Of a stretch of 64,000 bases of DNA, positions 36,942 to 46,925 are shown in pieces. The notes under the pieces are model-generated. The model was not told the DNA's origin. It ran no database searches and saw only the letters and a program-made list of their open reading frames with translations. The stretch covers positions 9,014 to 73,013 of the IMG/VR virus record IMGVR_UViG_3300030329_003201. One strand, given 5' to 3'. The first letter of the stretch is position 1; each line of letters opens with the position of its first letter. The position numbers were made by a program, and so were the translations under genes. The DNA is from a virus.

Positions 36942-37580
36942 CTAACCTTTGTACTTTTGAATGTGTCCCGTCAAGAAACCAATAGTTGCAGTTCCTGCCG
37001 GTGATGAAGGGTCGAAAAAACGATACTCCAAACTATATGTACGATTTGACGTGTCACTTAGATTTTCGTTTTTCACGAGATGGGTAATCTGAAACGGAAA
37101 GGTGCAGGGAAACTTGAGAGTAGGGCTTGGGTGCCGTCCCACCTGAAAGTGCCGCTGCGTGTGTGGAAGCGTAACAGGCGTTCCATCTTTCATTTCAGCC
37201 ATGCGAACACCCAGCCATTGCGGAAAAACACTAACCCCAGAAGTTGTGCCTCCCTCTAATCGAACTTCTCCAGAAAACCTCACAATAGCGGCATAGCAGT
37301 CAGCCATAGCAACAGACACTGAAAAGCTCGTAGTTGGATGCGAAGCCCAGTTACTACCAGTTGACGGAACGCTCACACGGCCCCATGTTGAGTAAGTTGC
37401 TGCGTGGCCCGATTCCTCACAAATCGGAAAAGCAACATTGCGCTTATCGATTCCCTCAACTCGAATGTTCTGTTGGTTTATCTGAGACAGTCCAGTCTCG
37501 ATGTCATCTTGAAGTTGATTATTTCTGGTAATGCCAGTGGTAGTGCCAGGGGAAACCGTTGTCAATCGAACTCTGCTCAT
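36942..37580 (-). CDS. Tail protein
   Basis: Operon position and beta-rich composition. Confidence 0.55.
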   Translation of the reverse strand: MSRVRLTTVSPGTTTGITRNNQLQDDIETGLSQINQQNIRVEGIDKRNVAFPICEESGHAATYSTWGRVSVPSTGSNWASHPTTSFSVSVAMADCYAAIVRFSGEVRLEGGTTSGVSVFPQWLGVRMAEMKDGTPVTLPHTQRHFQVGRHPSPTLKFPCTFPFQITHLVKNENLSDTSNRTYSLEYRFFDPSSPAGTATIGFLTGHIQKYKG

Positions 37581-38251
37581 CGCGCCCTCTTTGTGATGAC
37601 CAACTCACCAGACATCCATCTGAAAAAACCAGCATCATAGTAGTCTGCCTGATCGGTCCACTTCGCAAGATCTGATTCGTCATGTGTTGATGTTTCGTAG
37701 AACCTTGCAACAAGTCGTACCTCATGGGAACCCATAGAAACAGGCAACGCGCCGCACAAGAACGTATTGTTTTTTATCAAGTATCTTGTGTGAGGCCCCG
37801 CGTATGCGACCTGAAATCCGTCCACTAAAAGCTGAAACTCAATACGCATGTGATCGTGAAAATCATTTTCGGTAGAAGCAATGCTTGCCGCAGGATCTAA
37901 ATTTCCCGCAATTGAGCCTCCTTTCTTTAGTTTGATTTCCCAACTGATAGCAGCTTCAACAATCAAAAGCGTGTCTGTAGAAATAGTTAAATCAGTTTTA
38001 GTAAGTGGCGTATCAATCCAAGCCTGAGAATCAATATCAACTGTTGCTGGAGCACCAAGGTATTTGTATTCAAAGGTATTAAACACAGACGGTGGTGCCT
38101 GTGTGCCCACAGTAATGCACTCATCTGGAAGATTGTCGCGATCCAGACCACCATTGATCTCTTCAACATAGTGAGCCATGTTCAAGTTCCAGTCATCCGC
38201 CGAAACCACGTCCCCATCTTGAAAGTCTTTTACTGGGTATTTCCAAGCCAT
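37577..38251 (-). CDS. Tail protein
   Basis: FQDGDVVSADDWN attachment-like motif. Confidence 0.6.
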   Translation of the reverse strand: MAWKYPVKDFQDGDVVSADDWNLNMAHYVEEINGGLDRDNLPDECITVGTQAPPSVFNTFEYKYLGAPATVDIDSQAWIDTPLTKTDLTISTDTLLIVEAAISWEIKLKKGGSIAGNLDPAASIASTENDFHDHMRIEFQLLVDGFQVAYAGPHTRYLIKNNTFLCGALPVSMGSHEVRLVARFYETSTHDESDLAKWTDQADYYDAGFFRWMSGELVITKRAR

Positions 38252-40476
38252 TATCGCCTCGACTGAAGGAGTACTTCGTTAATTGGAAGACGTTCAACCA
38301 TCGCACCAGCAGACAATCCAAGATCGAACCCTAAGACTTCAATCTGTCGTCCAGCGGCCTGCAAGGTAATCCTAAGTTCCCGACAAGCAGGTTGAGACGA
38401 TGTAGATATGTCGAACCTAACAGGAACGGGAACGTATTCATTCCAGATTGCAGACGTTTCTCCCCACCGCTGAGTTCCATATACTCCCAACCTGTGCTCA
38501 ACATTTTGTTGGTCTTGGCCTTTGGCAGCAACCTCAACATCCTCAATGTGACGGTTCACCCTGTACTTTAGTTCTATATCGTTATCGCCATAACCAATGG
38601 TATGAACCAGAACATACTTTGGATTTACCGCATTAAAAACACCACCAAAGTTAATATCGATTGATTCCCACATTGGAGAAATACTGTGTGATCCTTTTGT
38701 GCTCCAGCCATGTGAGTAGACATGAATGCCGGGATTCGAGGTGTTGTCGTTCGAACCAAAGAACAAATACTTACGATGGTCAGAAGTGACAACGGAGCAA
38801 GACATAGGGTAGTTCTCACGAAACGACCAGCCTCCCACATCTCTATGGAACACAAAGACGTGGTTGTTTTTCTCAGACCCATCAATCGGAACAGCAAGCC
38901 AGTATTCAGAATCTTCTGGATACCATGTGCCAACTGCCTGAATAGCTGCGGACATGTTGATTCTTTTGAACTCATCAGGGATGGCATCTGAAAGTCTGGT
39001 TAGACCAGAAGTTTCCCCGCTTCCTGATAAAGCACCTTTCAACAAGTAAATGCCGCCATCACTTAAAAAGATGACGCCAACGTTAGGAATCTCCACAATG
39101 CTGTCGGGAGCACAGCACCCAGCATCTCTTGTGTAAACAGCAGAACCTAAAGAGCCATCCGCTCGCTTTGATATGTAGTGAATACCCCTGCGCTTCAACA
39201 CCCAAAGGGCACCCCTTGATGGGTATAGGCCCATTACCGAACCACCGTCGTCATCACCAAAGGTGAATACGTTGTCTACTGGAAACACTTCCGGTTGTAA
39301 CGGCGCTGAGTAACGAACGTCCCCATCGCTGCACGCAATGAAGACCCGGTTTTCATGAGAAGCAATAAGGTGAGCACCTTGAGGAAATTCACCAAAGTCA
39401 AGGGGGTCCACCTCTGGACCCAACAGACCATCTGGAATGCCGTCAACATAGGTTGTAGAGACATTGTCCTGAATCTCTTCAAGAAAGTAGAACCGCTCGC
39501 TTACAGCTAGGGATGCTGGATCACCGTTAGTGTTCAACACGTTTACGGTCCTGTAAATCCTTCTCGCAACCACTGTGTCACCGCCAGTTGGAATCGCAAG
39601 ATTGATGAACTTTCTCCAAGTATTATGATCGCCCTCTGTCGGTTTGTCTGCTTTGACCTGTGCTTTCGAGCCTTGTGTGTTGTCTTGTCTTCCAATAATT
39701 GTGCTACAAGCTGGACTCAATGGCGATTCTTGCCCGCGTTCATTTACAAAACTTACCCTGTATCTGTAACCAAACAGGAGGCGTGGATCGTCCTTCTCAA
39801 ATTCACTATCTGTCCCGGTCCTTCCCAGGCCAAGTCCACGAGTAATCGTACATGCTTCACGAGTCTCGTTTCCAGACGGACTTCCAGGCGGCCCGTCAAA
39901 CCCTGCACGCTCAACATAACGACCGTTGAACACCATGGGGGGATCCCTACCGTTCACAAGGTACATAAGGCCATTCCACGCAACGGATTGAGTCCTAATG
40001 TGTGGGGTGGTCACCTCAACCCTAGACTCCATTGTGTCGCCTTTACCGTTGACGAATGTAGTCCACTTGTTGCCTGAATCTCCCCCATCGAAATAGTGAA
40101 ACTTCAAACCTTCCCCGTCATGATTTCCCTCAAAGACAAGGAACTGACGCGCTCCACCATGTTGAGAAAACCAATGAAGGCTTTCGATTTCCCCGAAGTC
40201 TTGAAAATGTGCGCCCGTTCGAGTAGAGGTAGAAGTTGATGTGGAGGTTGTAGTCGTCTCAAGGTCACCAGACCCAGTTGTTTCGGTTGTCTCGGTCGTT
40301 GTGGTGATCGTTACTGTCCCATCGGGAACAATAGGTTGAAACCCTCCAGCGGCCTTCCAGCTATCCTTTACGGTGTAGTACATGTCGCTGATACGACGCG
40401 CAGTAACATCAGAGCCAGGCAGCCATCGTTGATCCATCGTCCTCAGTGGACGTATGCCAAATAGTTTCGCTTTCAC
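38251..40476 (-). CDS. Tail nozzle / tail tubular protein B-like (beta-propeller with FN3-like insert)
   Basis: YRYRVSFVNERGQESP, RIYRT, HENRVFIA, RYSAPLQPEVF, GVIFLSDGGIY. Confidence 0.75.
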   Translation of the reverse strand: MKAKLFGIRPLRTMDQRWLPGSDVTARRISDMYYTVKDSWKAAGGFQPIVPDGTVTITTTTETTETTGSGDLETTTTSTSTSTSTRTGAHFQDFGEIESLHWFSQHGGARQFLVFEGNHDGEGLKFHYFDGGDSGNKWTTFVNGKGDTMESRVEVTTPHIRTQSVAWNGLMYLVNGRDPPMVFNGRYVERAGFDGPPGSPSGNETREACTITRGLGLGRTGTDSEFEKDDPRLLFGYRYRVSFVNERGQESPLSPACSTIIGRQDNTQGSKAQVKADKPTEGDHNTWRKFINLAIPTGGDTVVARRIYRTVNVLNTNGDPASLAVSERFYFLEEIQDNVSTTYVDGIPDGLLGPEVDPLDFGEFPQGAHLIASHENRVFIACSDGDVRYSAPLQPEVFPVDNVFTFGDDDGGSVMGLYPSRGALWVLKRRGIHYISKRADGSLGSAVYTRDAGCCAPDSIVEIPNVGVIFLSDGGIYLLKGALSGSGETSGLTRLSDAIPDEFKRINMSAAIQAVGTWYPEDSEYWLAVPIDGSEKNNHVFVFHRDVGGWSFRENYPMSCSVVTSDHRKYLFFGSNDNTSNPGIHVYSHGWSTKGSHSISPMWESIDINFGGVFNAVNPKYVLVHTIGYGDNDIELKYRVNRHIEDVEVAAKGQDQQNVEHRLGVYGTQRWGETSAIWNEYVPVPVRFDISTSSQPACRELRITLQAAGRQIEVLGFDLGLSAGAMVERLPINEVLLQSRR

Positions 40477-41147
40477 TTGGTTTCTTCCTCCATTTCTCGG
40501 AGAAACTTATTCCAAAACCCTTTGCTTGTGGTGTTGGATCTTGCCCAAGATTGAAGCTGATCTCGCCCAGAAATAACAGACGGTAGGTAATACCTTGTAT
40601 GTCCAGACAGCGGATCTTTAGTTCGAATGGCTTTCTTTACTCGCCCAATACCCGCATTGTAGGACTGAACAGCAACATCCATGTCTCCGCCCGCCCACTT
40701 TCTCATCATGTTTAGGTACTTTGCCCCAGCATGAATGGCCAACTCTGGATTCAAGCGATCATCTAGTTCATACCCAGGCATCACTTCATTCCATGTTGGT
40801 GGAGTGAACTGCATCAGCCCAAGGTCATTGGTTGGGCCTCTTGCATCTGCTCTACCCCCTGATTCTTTACCAGCAATAGATGCCAGGATGTATGGGTCTA
40901 CATCATACTCATCGCCGTACTGCTCAAAAAGCGAGCCGTAATCCTTCCAGGCTCTCTTTGCTCCATCAAATACATTTTTCGCATATCTCTCTGTTTCTTC
41001 TGATTCCAGAGTATCAACGACAGACCAGACGGGCGAAGGCGGTGGCTCAACTTCAACCATTGCCGAAGGGTTCTTCGCGTCTTCAGCAGCAGCGATTTCT
41101 GCGTCCTGATAATGCCCTCGAATGATGTCGTATATGCTTGAACCCAC
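40473..41147 (-). CDS. Lytic transglycosylase (SLT domain), likely virion-associated
   Basis: KESGG, GLMQF, AGAKYL, SYNAGIG motifs. Confidence 0.92.
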   Translation of the reverse strand: MGSSIYDIIRGHYQDAEIAAAEDAKNPSAMVEVEPPPSPVWSVVDTLESEETERYAKNVFDGAKRAWKDYGSLFEQYGDEYDVDPYILASIAGKESGGRADARGPTNDLGLMQFTPPTWNEVMPGYELDDRLNPELAIHAGAKYLNMMRKWAGGDMDVAVQSYNAGIGRVKKAIRTKDPLSGHTRYYLPSVISGRDQLQSWARSNTTSKGFWNKFLREMEEETK

Positions 41148-41150
41148 AAA

Positions 41151-41516
41151 TCACCCAATCTGTCCGTAAGTTACCAAGTCTGTTTGCCGTTTCTGTTCCA
41201 TCCGTTGGAGTTCAGGAATGTTATCTAGTTCCTCTAAGTAGTTGAAAACACGACCATATTCTCTATCAATTCGTGGCCAATCTGCACCAATAGTCTTTAG
41301 GTTTTCAATCTCCTGTTCATAAGGAGGAAGCACTTCGGCCTGAGCCTGACGACGAATAGCTCCGGTATCAGCGCCCTGTTTCTTGATAGGCGCAGGTCCA
41401 GACCCGTGGACAGTGGGGATTCCTTTGTCGCGTGCCTCCCGAGACATCCGAGAAAAAGGATCCCTGTTAGTCACGGGTGATACATCGAACTCCTTCATAG
41501 GGTCTTTCGTCGCCAT
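41151..41516 (-). CDS. Hypothetical protein
   Basis: 121-aa ORF in the late operon. Confidence 0.6.
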   Translation of the reverse strand: MATKDPMKEFDVSPVTNRDPFSRMSREARDKGIPTVHGSGPAPIKKQGADTGAIRRQAQAEVLPPYEQEIENLKTIGADWPRIDREYGRVFNYLEELDNIPELQRMEQKRQTDLVTYGQIG

Positions 41517-41524
41517 AAATCATC

Positions 41525-42817
41525 TCACGTTTTAGAGGGAGCACCGTATAGGTATCCAAAACCTCGCGACATATCATTAAATGGTTGTCGTCGATAAATG
41601 CGGTCTGCCCTATCAAGGTACTTCTTTTTCATCTGAAGAATCCGCTCAGTCGCCATCCTCTCGTACAGTTCGCCCACCTGAGATTGTCCGTATTGTCGAT
41701 ACAGTTCAGCCACTGTCTTGTAGACTAGAATCATGTGGTACTGAGGAGGGAACTGGGGAACGTCTGTGTCCCCAATGAGCCTATGAGGCCTTACATGGTA
41801 ACGAATCTCGCAGGTAAGATCTGAGTCTGGACGACGATAAACGCTCAACCACTCTCGTGGAAGCTGTTCAAACAAAGGCGCGTCGTTCTGTGCTGCCAAC
41901 CCTGTGTCACGGAAAGTCTGGTCAGAGCTTGGCACAGCAAACGTAAGAGTCCCGCTGTTTGGGGCAACCTCACCAATCTTAAAGAAGCCCGTATTCTTCG
42001 TCGCGTTTCGTCGGTAAATGATTTTTCTGGATCTAATATCAAAGGTTCCAGGTGGGTTTTCCCACATCAAATCAACACCTTGACCGCCTGATGTTGTGGT
42101 AACAGACACTACGGCAGACGGCGGAGACTCCATTCCCTCTGATTCAAGGGTCATGCAATACTCGTAGTTGGTCGCAGTTTCAAGCGTGCCAACACTAGAA
42201 GTAATGTTTGCTGTAAGCTGAAGCTCTTGCAAAGAAAGCATGTCCGACTGGTCTTCAAGAACGATGATCGGATCGCCAGATGTTGTTCGGTCCAGAATGA
42301 ACTGCTCTTCCCGTCGCGGATCGATGTAAGTCAACCGGGTATCTTTAGCGCCAGACGTGAACTCATCACGAACCGTGATGCCCAAAAAGTCCACCATGTC
42401 TTTTGGAAACCGGACCACGTCAAAAAGAATAGACCAGCTTGAAGATGTTGCGGTTGTCCCTTCATAAGGGCTCATCAAGATCAGCGCGTTTGGCGATGCG
42501 CCCGTATCAACATTTGTAATTCGATGTTCTACATCGTCAGGACCCTTGAAGGTCATCCCCTCCATATGGGTTCCAAACGTATAGGCACTGCTCGTAACGA
42601 TATGGCTTCCGCTCGTGACGGTAACGTCTACAGATCCTGTGATGTCTGCATACAGGGTTTGCTTGGTTCGTTTGTTTAGAAATCGCCAGGGAGATTCAGA
42701 CGCAATCTCTTCGTAATGGCGGTTGATAATACGAACAATACTGTTGGTGTGTGTATTGATGTTGGGGTTGTGATCAATCAACCCGTTCACCTCAGCAATC
42801 AGATCTTTTAGAATCAT
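41525..42817 (-). CDS. Head-tail adaptor / tail tubular protein A-like with inserted beta domains
   Basis: INRHY...PWRFL N-terminus; YRRPD and PQFPPQYHMILVY C-terminus. Confidence 0.7.
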   Translation of the reverse strand: MILKDLIAEVNGLIDHNPNINTHTNSIVRIINRHYEEIASESPWRFLNKRTKQTLYADITGSVDVTVTSGSHIVTSSAYTFGTHMEGMTFKGPDDVEHRITNVDTGASPNALILMSPYEGTTATSSSWSILFDVVRFPKDMVDFLGITVRDEFTSGAKDTRLTYIDPRREEQFILDRTTSGDPIIVLEDQSDMLSLQELQLTANITSSVGTLETATNYEYCMTLESEGMESPPSAVVSVTTTSGGQGVDLMWENPPGTFDIRSRKIIYRRNATKNTGFFKIGEVAPNSGTLTFAVPSSDQTFRDTGLAAQNDAPLFEQLPREWLSVYRRPDSDLTCEIRYHVRPHRLIGDTDVPQFPPQYHMILVYKTVAELYRQYGQSQVGELYERMATERILQMKKKYLDRADRIYRRQPFNDMSRGFGYLYGAPSKT

Positions 42818-42829
42818 ACAGCCTCCAAT

Positions 42830-42866
42830 AAAAAAGCCCCTCGCAAGTATAGCTCACGAGGGGCTT
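42830..42866 (-). terminator. Rho-independent terminator
   Basis: AAGCCCCTCG/CGAGGGGCTT stem followed by a T run on the minus strand. Confidence 0.75.
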
Positions 42867-42889
42867 CAAAGTAATGACAACCTAACGGT

Positions 42890-43354
42890 CTAGAAGTAGC
42901 CCTGGTTGATAATCATCACATCGGCAGTGTTCGTTCCACCACCACCGGGCTCGTCCTCAAGTGCAACACCACAGATGGTGTAGTCGAGAGCAGCCGCAAC
43001 CGACGTGGGGTCGATTGTCGTGGCCTCAGCAACACGACCAGAGGTAGAGGTTGCAAGCAGACGATCTCCCTGCGTCACGCTAGTGGCAACGTTTGCGTCC
43101 TCGTACTTTCCTGCAACTTGGACAACCACATCTTCGCCAGCAGCAACCGTTTGAGTAGCAATGCCGAAAATCAGGCCCTCGTTTTGACCAGTAACATTTG
43201 AGTCAGCGCATGAACCGCCAAGACCATTGGTATCGTCGGTGGTTAGCATAACCCAAGAACCTGCCGTACAAGCAGCAGATGCATAAAGGGTAACGAACTT
43301 TTTAGGAAAGTGGCTGATACCTTGATCGCCAATTCCGCGTTTATAAACACTCAT
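42890..43354 (-). CDS. Capsid decoration/cement protein
   Basis: Follows the MCP; FGIA, VQVAG, GDRLL, GVALED motifs typical of this position. Confidence 0.7.
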   Translation of the reverse strand: MSVYKRGIGDQGISHFPKKFVTLYASAACTAGSWVMLTTDDTNGLGGSCADSNVTGQNEGLIFGIATQTVAAGEDVVVQVAGKYEDANVATSVTQGDRLLATSTSGRVAEATTIDPTSVAAALDYTICGVALEDEPGGGGTNTADVMIINQGYF

Positions 43355-43383
43355 TTCTTAATCCTCTCATGAGTATGGTTTGT

Positions 43384-43410
43384 AAAAAGAAAGGGGGCGA
43401 ATGCCCCCCC
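43384..43410 (-). terminator. Rho-independent terminator after the major capsid gene
   Basis: GGGGGC-ATTC-GCCCCC then TTTCTTTTT on the minus strand. Confidence 0.75.
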
Positions 43411-43423
43411 TCAGGAGTCAACT

Positions 43424-44482
43424 TTAGAACGTTTCACCGTCATAAGCAATACCGGAAGAACCGAGGTGCTTAGCGACAAGCTGTCCGTAGAGACGGACGG
43501 TTGCACTACGCACATCGTACTCACCCGAGATCTTCTCGAATGGGCTCACCTCGAAGTATCCTTCGGAATCGAAGATGAAGTGAATGTCATCAAGATTCAA
43601 CAGGTAGAAGCTGATGGTGCAGGTGCTGTGAGTCGTGGTGTTGGTAGGCATGTAGTACTCAGTCTCCATGCGGATACCGTCCCACATCTGGGTCATGCGA
43701 CCACCGTCCAGCTTCTCCTCGTCAACGTAGCGCTCGAATGCACGAAGAGCACGCTTGAGGTTCTTGGTTCCCTCGCGAGAAGCCAGCCAGATGTGGGGGT
43801 CACCACCGGGCGAAACAGCAGCAGTCTCTACGCGGAGGTCTTGCAGGGCTGCAAGTCCATTTGCGTTGAAGCTACTAGCGATGTTTGCGCGTTGGTTCTG
43901 CCAACCGGGGACGCCAGAGTAGGTAGCCTTGCTGATACCACCAACGGTGTTGCCCTGAGCGCCAACGGCGTTCTCCTCAAGGAAACCAGTAAAGGTAGCA
44001 GCGGTAGCACCGTTCAGGGTGTTCCAATCGGCGTAGCCACCAGCATCAACACCTTCAACGATTCGACGCAGAAGGTTACGACGCATAGCGCCCATGACGG
44101 ATTTGGTGCGTGCATCAAGGATGCTGATCACAGCAGCTTCACCACGGTTCTTGATCTCTTCATCTTTGGAGATCGCGATAGGCATGGTGACGTGAGCGGG
44201 CACATATGCTGCCGGAATGAGAACGTCCTGAACGGAAAGGTTCAGCTTCTCGTATCCGCTTTGCATACGGGTCGCGTTGCTGTGCTCCTCGAATCCAAGA
44301 GGCTCAAGGTAACGGGTTCCACCCTCAACGCGGGGGTTACCTTTACCGTGTACTTCCTCATGCACGTCGATAAGAGCGGTTGTTCGTGCCAAGTTGTCGC
44401 GAAACTCATCGGCAAGAAGATAGAGTGTGGACGAGAGTAGCTCGTCGCTAATATTCAGACTGTCAGTTTGAACCATTGACAT
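43424..44482 (-). CDS. Major capsid protein
   Basis: 352 aa after the scaffold; SGYEKLN, EEIKNRG, VGGISKATY..WQNQ, YGQLV motifs; strong codon bias. Confidence 0.88.
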   Translation of the reverse strand: MSMVQTDSLNISDELLSSTLYLLADEFRDNLARTTALIDVHEEVHGKGNPRVEGGTRYLEPLGFEEHSNATRMQSGYEKLNLSVQDVLIPAAYVPAHVTMPIAISKDEEIKNRGEAAVISILDARTKSVMGAMRRNLLRRIVEGVDAGGYADWNTLNGATAATFTGFLEENAVGAQGNTVGGISKATYSGVPGWQNQRANIASSFNANGLAALQDLRVETAAVSPGGDPHIWLASREGTKNLKRALRAFERYVDEEKLDGGRMTQMWDGIRMETEYYMPTNTTTHSTCTISFYLLNLDDIHFIFDSEGYFEVSPFEKISGEYDVRSATVRLYGQLVAKHLGSSGIAYDGETF

Positions 44483-44500
44483 GGCTTATTTCCTCGGGGA

Positions 44501-45541
44501 TTAACGTTTGAGTCCAGACTTGCGGTATCGCAAGGCTTCTTCGGGGTTTGCCTTGACCCAAGCATAAAGCTCGTGCGCCTTGGCTCCTTTCGGAGGACCC
44601 GACGTACCCTTCGCGTTGCCTTTGCCACGACCGATTTGACGGGCCGCTGCGGCTCTGGCTTGGCGATCCCTCTGACGAGTTCGTTCTTCAGCAATAGCTC
44701 CACGACGTGACTTCACCAACTCATATGCGTCTGGCGTGCTGATCGAGTAACCCATCTTCTGGCGGTCGCGGATGACATCTGCCATTTCCTTCTGGAAAGC
44801 CTTATCCTTCATTTCAGGATGGCTTGCGACGAAATCGCTCAAGGCAGCCTTCTTAGACTCCCGCTGGGTGATTTCATGCACCGGGTTGATCAGTGATTGC
44901 AGCTTTTCAGCAGCGGCACGCTCAATACGCGCCTCAAGTCCTTCCGGGGTGTTGATATCTGGAAGGTTGTCCTTAGACTGGCTAAGGATAGACTTGAGTT
45001 GAGGATTGTCTAAAAGCTCAGAGAACGCCTTCTGACGATTCACGAACTCGCGTTCTTGAGCCTTCAGTTGGTTTTGGCGCTCTTGGTACTTTGCCTCAAG
45101 CTCTCTCGCTGCAAGCGAATCTTTTTGACGCTTGTTGTGATAATCACGACGGAGATTGTGAATGACGCGCTTCGACAGTGGGTCGAGTTTGTCTAGATGC
45201 TCCGGCTTGATTCCCTTATAGAATCCGTCCAGATCGAGAATTTCATCTCGGGGTAGGTCGGATGTCAGCAGATCAAACTCCTTGGGCGGCGCTTCACTTG
45301 CCGCCTGGGCTCCATCTGTTGCGTCAACCTCTCCCCGAGTCCCAGAACCACTAGCTACATCTGATGTCACACCTCGATCAGCATCCATACCGCTTTCACT
45401 TGCTGCGGAATGACCTGTTGCTTCAGCCGGGGAAGCTTGGGCGGTCGTATCCACAGAAGGTGAAGAGACGGCGGACCCTGAGTCGTTAGGTGCTCCAGCG
45501 TCAGCGCTAGATACCGGGTTGCTCAGTTCGGTGTCAGCCAT
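44501..45541 (-). CDS. Capsid scaffolding protein
   Basis: Disordered N-terminus, coiled coil, FVASHPE, DAYEL; directly upstream of the MCP. Confidence 0.75.
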   Translation of the reverse strand: MADTELSNPVSSADAGAPNDSGSAVSSPSVDTTAQASPAEATGHSAASESGMDADRGVTSDVASGSGTRGEVDATDGAQAASEAPPKEFDLLTSDLPRDEILDLDGFYKGIKPEHLDKLDPLSKRVIHNLRRDYHNKRQKDSLAARELEAKYQERQNQLKAQEREFVNRQKAFSELLDNPQLKSILSQSKDNLPDINTPEGLEARIERAAAEKLQSLINPVHEITQRESKKAALSDFVASHPEMKDKAFQKEMADVIRDRQKMGYSISTPDAYELVKSRRGAIAEERTRQRDRQARAAAARQIGRGKGNAKGTSGPPKGAKAHELYAWVKANPEEALRYRKSGLKR

Positions 45542-45581
45542 TTTTTCTCCTAAACAGGCTAAAGGGTGCCTGTTGGATTTG

Positions 45582-45610
45582 ATTATGCAATGCGCTTATT
45601 CGCTTTGCAA
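45582..45610 (-). promoter_or_regulatory. Sigma70-type promoter for scaffold/capsid genes
   Basis: Minus strand TTGCAA, 17-nt spacer ending TG, CATAAT; followed by hairpin AACAGGC/GCCTGTT and AGGAG RBS. Confidence 0.6.
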
Positions 45611-45639
45611 GGTTCAGTAATATAACAACTTATATGAAG

Positions 45640-46284
45640 CTACATATTCTCCATCAAGAGATCTGCTTCTTCATCATCCATTGGAAGCTCTTCTTCCGCA
45701 CCAGGAGGCATAGGAGCGCCTTCCGGTCCTGCCCCTTCCATACCAACAGGCTCTTGGAGCATATTGGCAAGTTCTTGGTTCTTTGCCATCAGTTTTAATT
45801 TTGCAGTTGCAGAACGAACGGAAGAATCATCGACAAGAGTCGTGGCGTCAAAGTTTTGATCAGCAAACTTTCCTTCCACGTCGATCATGCGGACAGCTTC
45901 AGACAGTGCTGCCGCTGGAGCAAAGATTTCAGGAGGAAGGGGCATGTCCCACTTGTCTCCTTTTCCAACCATCTCGGGATTAGGCGTCCATTCTGGCAAC
46001 GGAAGATCCTCTCCGGCAAGAAAATCGATGGTTTTGTCAAGCTCTCCAGCAAATGACTTAATAATTTTGATTGAGTAAGGCTTAGTTGGTGGTGGCGCAA
46101 AGGCTCCAACTTGTTCCATTTGTGCTTGACCCACCTCTTGACCAGCCTGAGAAACCATTTCTGGCGTTACTTCCCCACCGGGAGGAGGCATTTCTCCTGC
46201 CCCAGGGGGCATCGGCATGTTTGGGTCAAAACCAGGATCGCCTGGGTATGGAAGATTTTCACCTGTTACGGGATCGACTGGCAT
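45640..46284 (-). CDS. Pro/Met-rich hypothetical head-region protein
   Basis: MPVDPVTGENLPYPG start; GGAG RBS. Confidence 0.75.
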   Translation of the reverse strand: MPVDPVTGENLPYPGDPGFDPNMPMPPGAGEMPPPGGEVTPEMVSQAGQEVGQAQMEQVGAFAPPPTKPYSIKIIKSFAGELDKTIDFLAGEDLPLPEWTPNPEMVGKGDKWDMPLPPEIFAPAAALSEAVRMIDVEGKFADQNFDATTLVDDSSVRSATAKLKLMAKNQELANMLQEPVGMEGAGPEGAPMPPGAEEELPMDDEEADLLMENM

Positions 46285-46302
46285 TTGGGATCTCCTTGTA
46301 AA

Positions 46303-46923
46303 TCAATCTAGGGGAAGCATATCAGGAACTTGGCCCGCGTCACGCGCTTTTCGCCAATCTTTGTATGCTGGGTCGTTTTCAAGTCTGTCTACATAATCTT
46401 TGTAGACTTCTGTTTCTTCATCAATCTCTTTGTCGGCTTTACTAAAGTGATAGTCCATATCCCAATCACCATCGACTGGTGTGAGTCCTTGCTGTTTGCA
46501 AACCTCACGTCGATGCCGCTCCGACTTTAGAACCATACCAAGGCCCCGGTCATAGTAGGGATACCGCGCCCAGTGCATGTCGAGCTTCATCTTGTAGATT
46601 CGCTTAGCAGTTCCACTGCACCGCTCAAGCTCACACTCAACTTCCTCAACGTTACCTTTAAACCATTCAAACGTAACGTGAGTACACTTCTCGCACTTGA
46701 ACTGCATCAAGCGCTCTTTCTTCATGAACTCATCTACCGGCTGTCCTTCACCGTAAAGGACGTGCATGTTCTTCTGCTTCGGCGGTGGCCGCCAATTAAT
46801 CTCTCGATGAAGAGCAACTTCACCACACTTTTCGCATTCTGTTTCTTTTGGGCGGCTGTTTATGCCCGAAAAAATATCAGTCTCGTGATTACACGAAGAA
46901 CAGTCGTATGTATAGATTGGCAT
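46303..46923 (-). CDS. FmdB-like zinc-ribbon protein (two ribbons)
   Basis: MPIYTYDCSSC...CEKC and FKCEKC...C...C. Confidence 0.8.
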   Translation of the reverse strand: MPIYTYDCSSCNHETDIFSGINSRPKETECEKCGEVALHREINWRPPPKQKNMHVLYGEGQPVDEFMKKERLMQFKCEKCTHVTFEWFKGNVEEVECELERCSGTAKRIYKMKLDMHWARYPYYDRGLGMVLKSERHRREVCKQQGLTPVDGDWDMDYHFSKADKEIDEETEVYKDYVDRLENDPAYKDWRKARDAGQVPDMLPLD

Positions 46924-46925
46924 CG

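Noticed and set aside
40225-40320. Thr/Ser-rich stretch in the nozzle-like gene as a possible frameshift or intein
   Set aside because: In-frame low-complexity insertion without slippery site or splicing motifs
43466-44440. 324-aa + strand ORF antisense to the major capsid gene
   Set aside because: Shadow ORF expected from the strong codon bias of a highly expressed gene; no recognisable motifs
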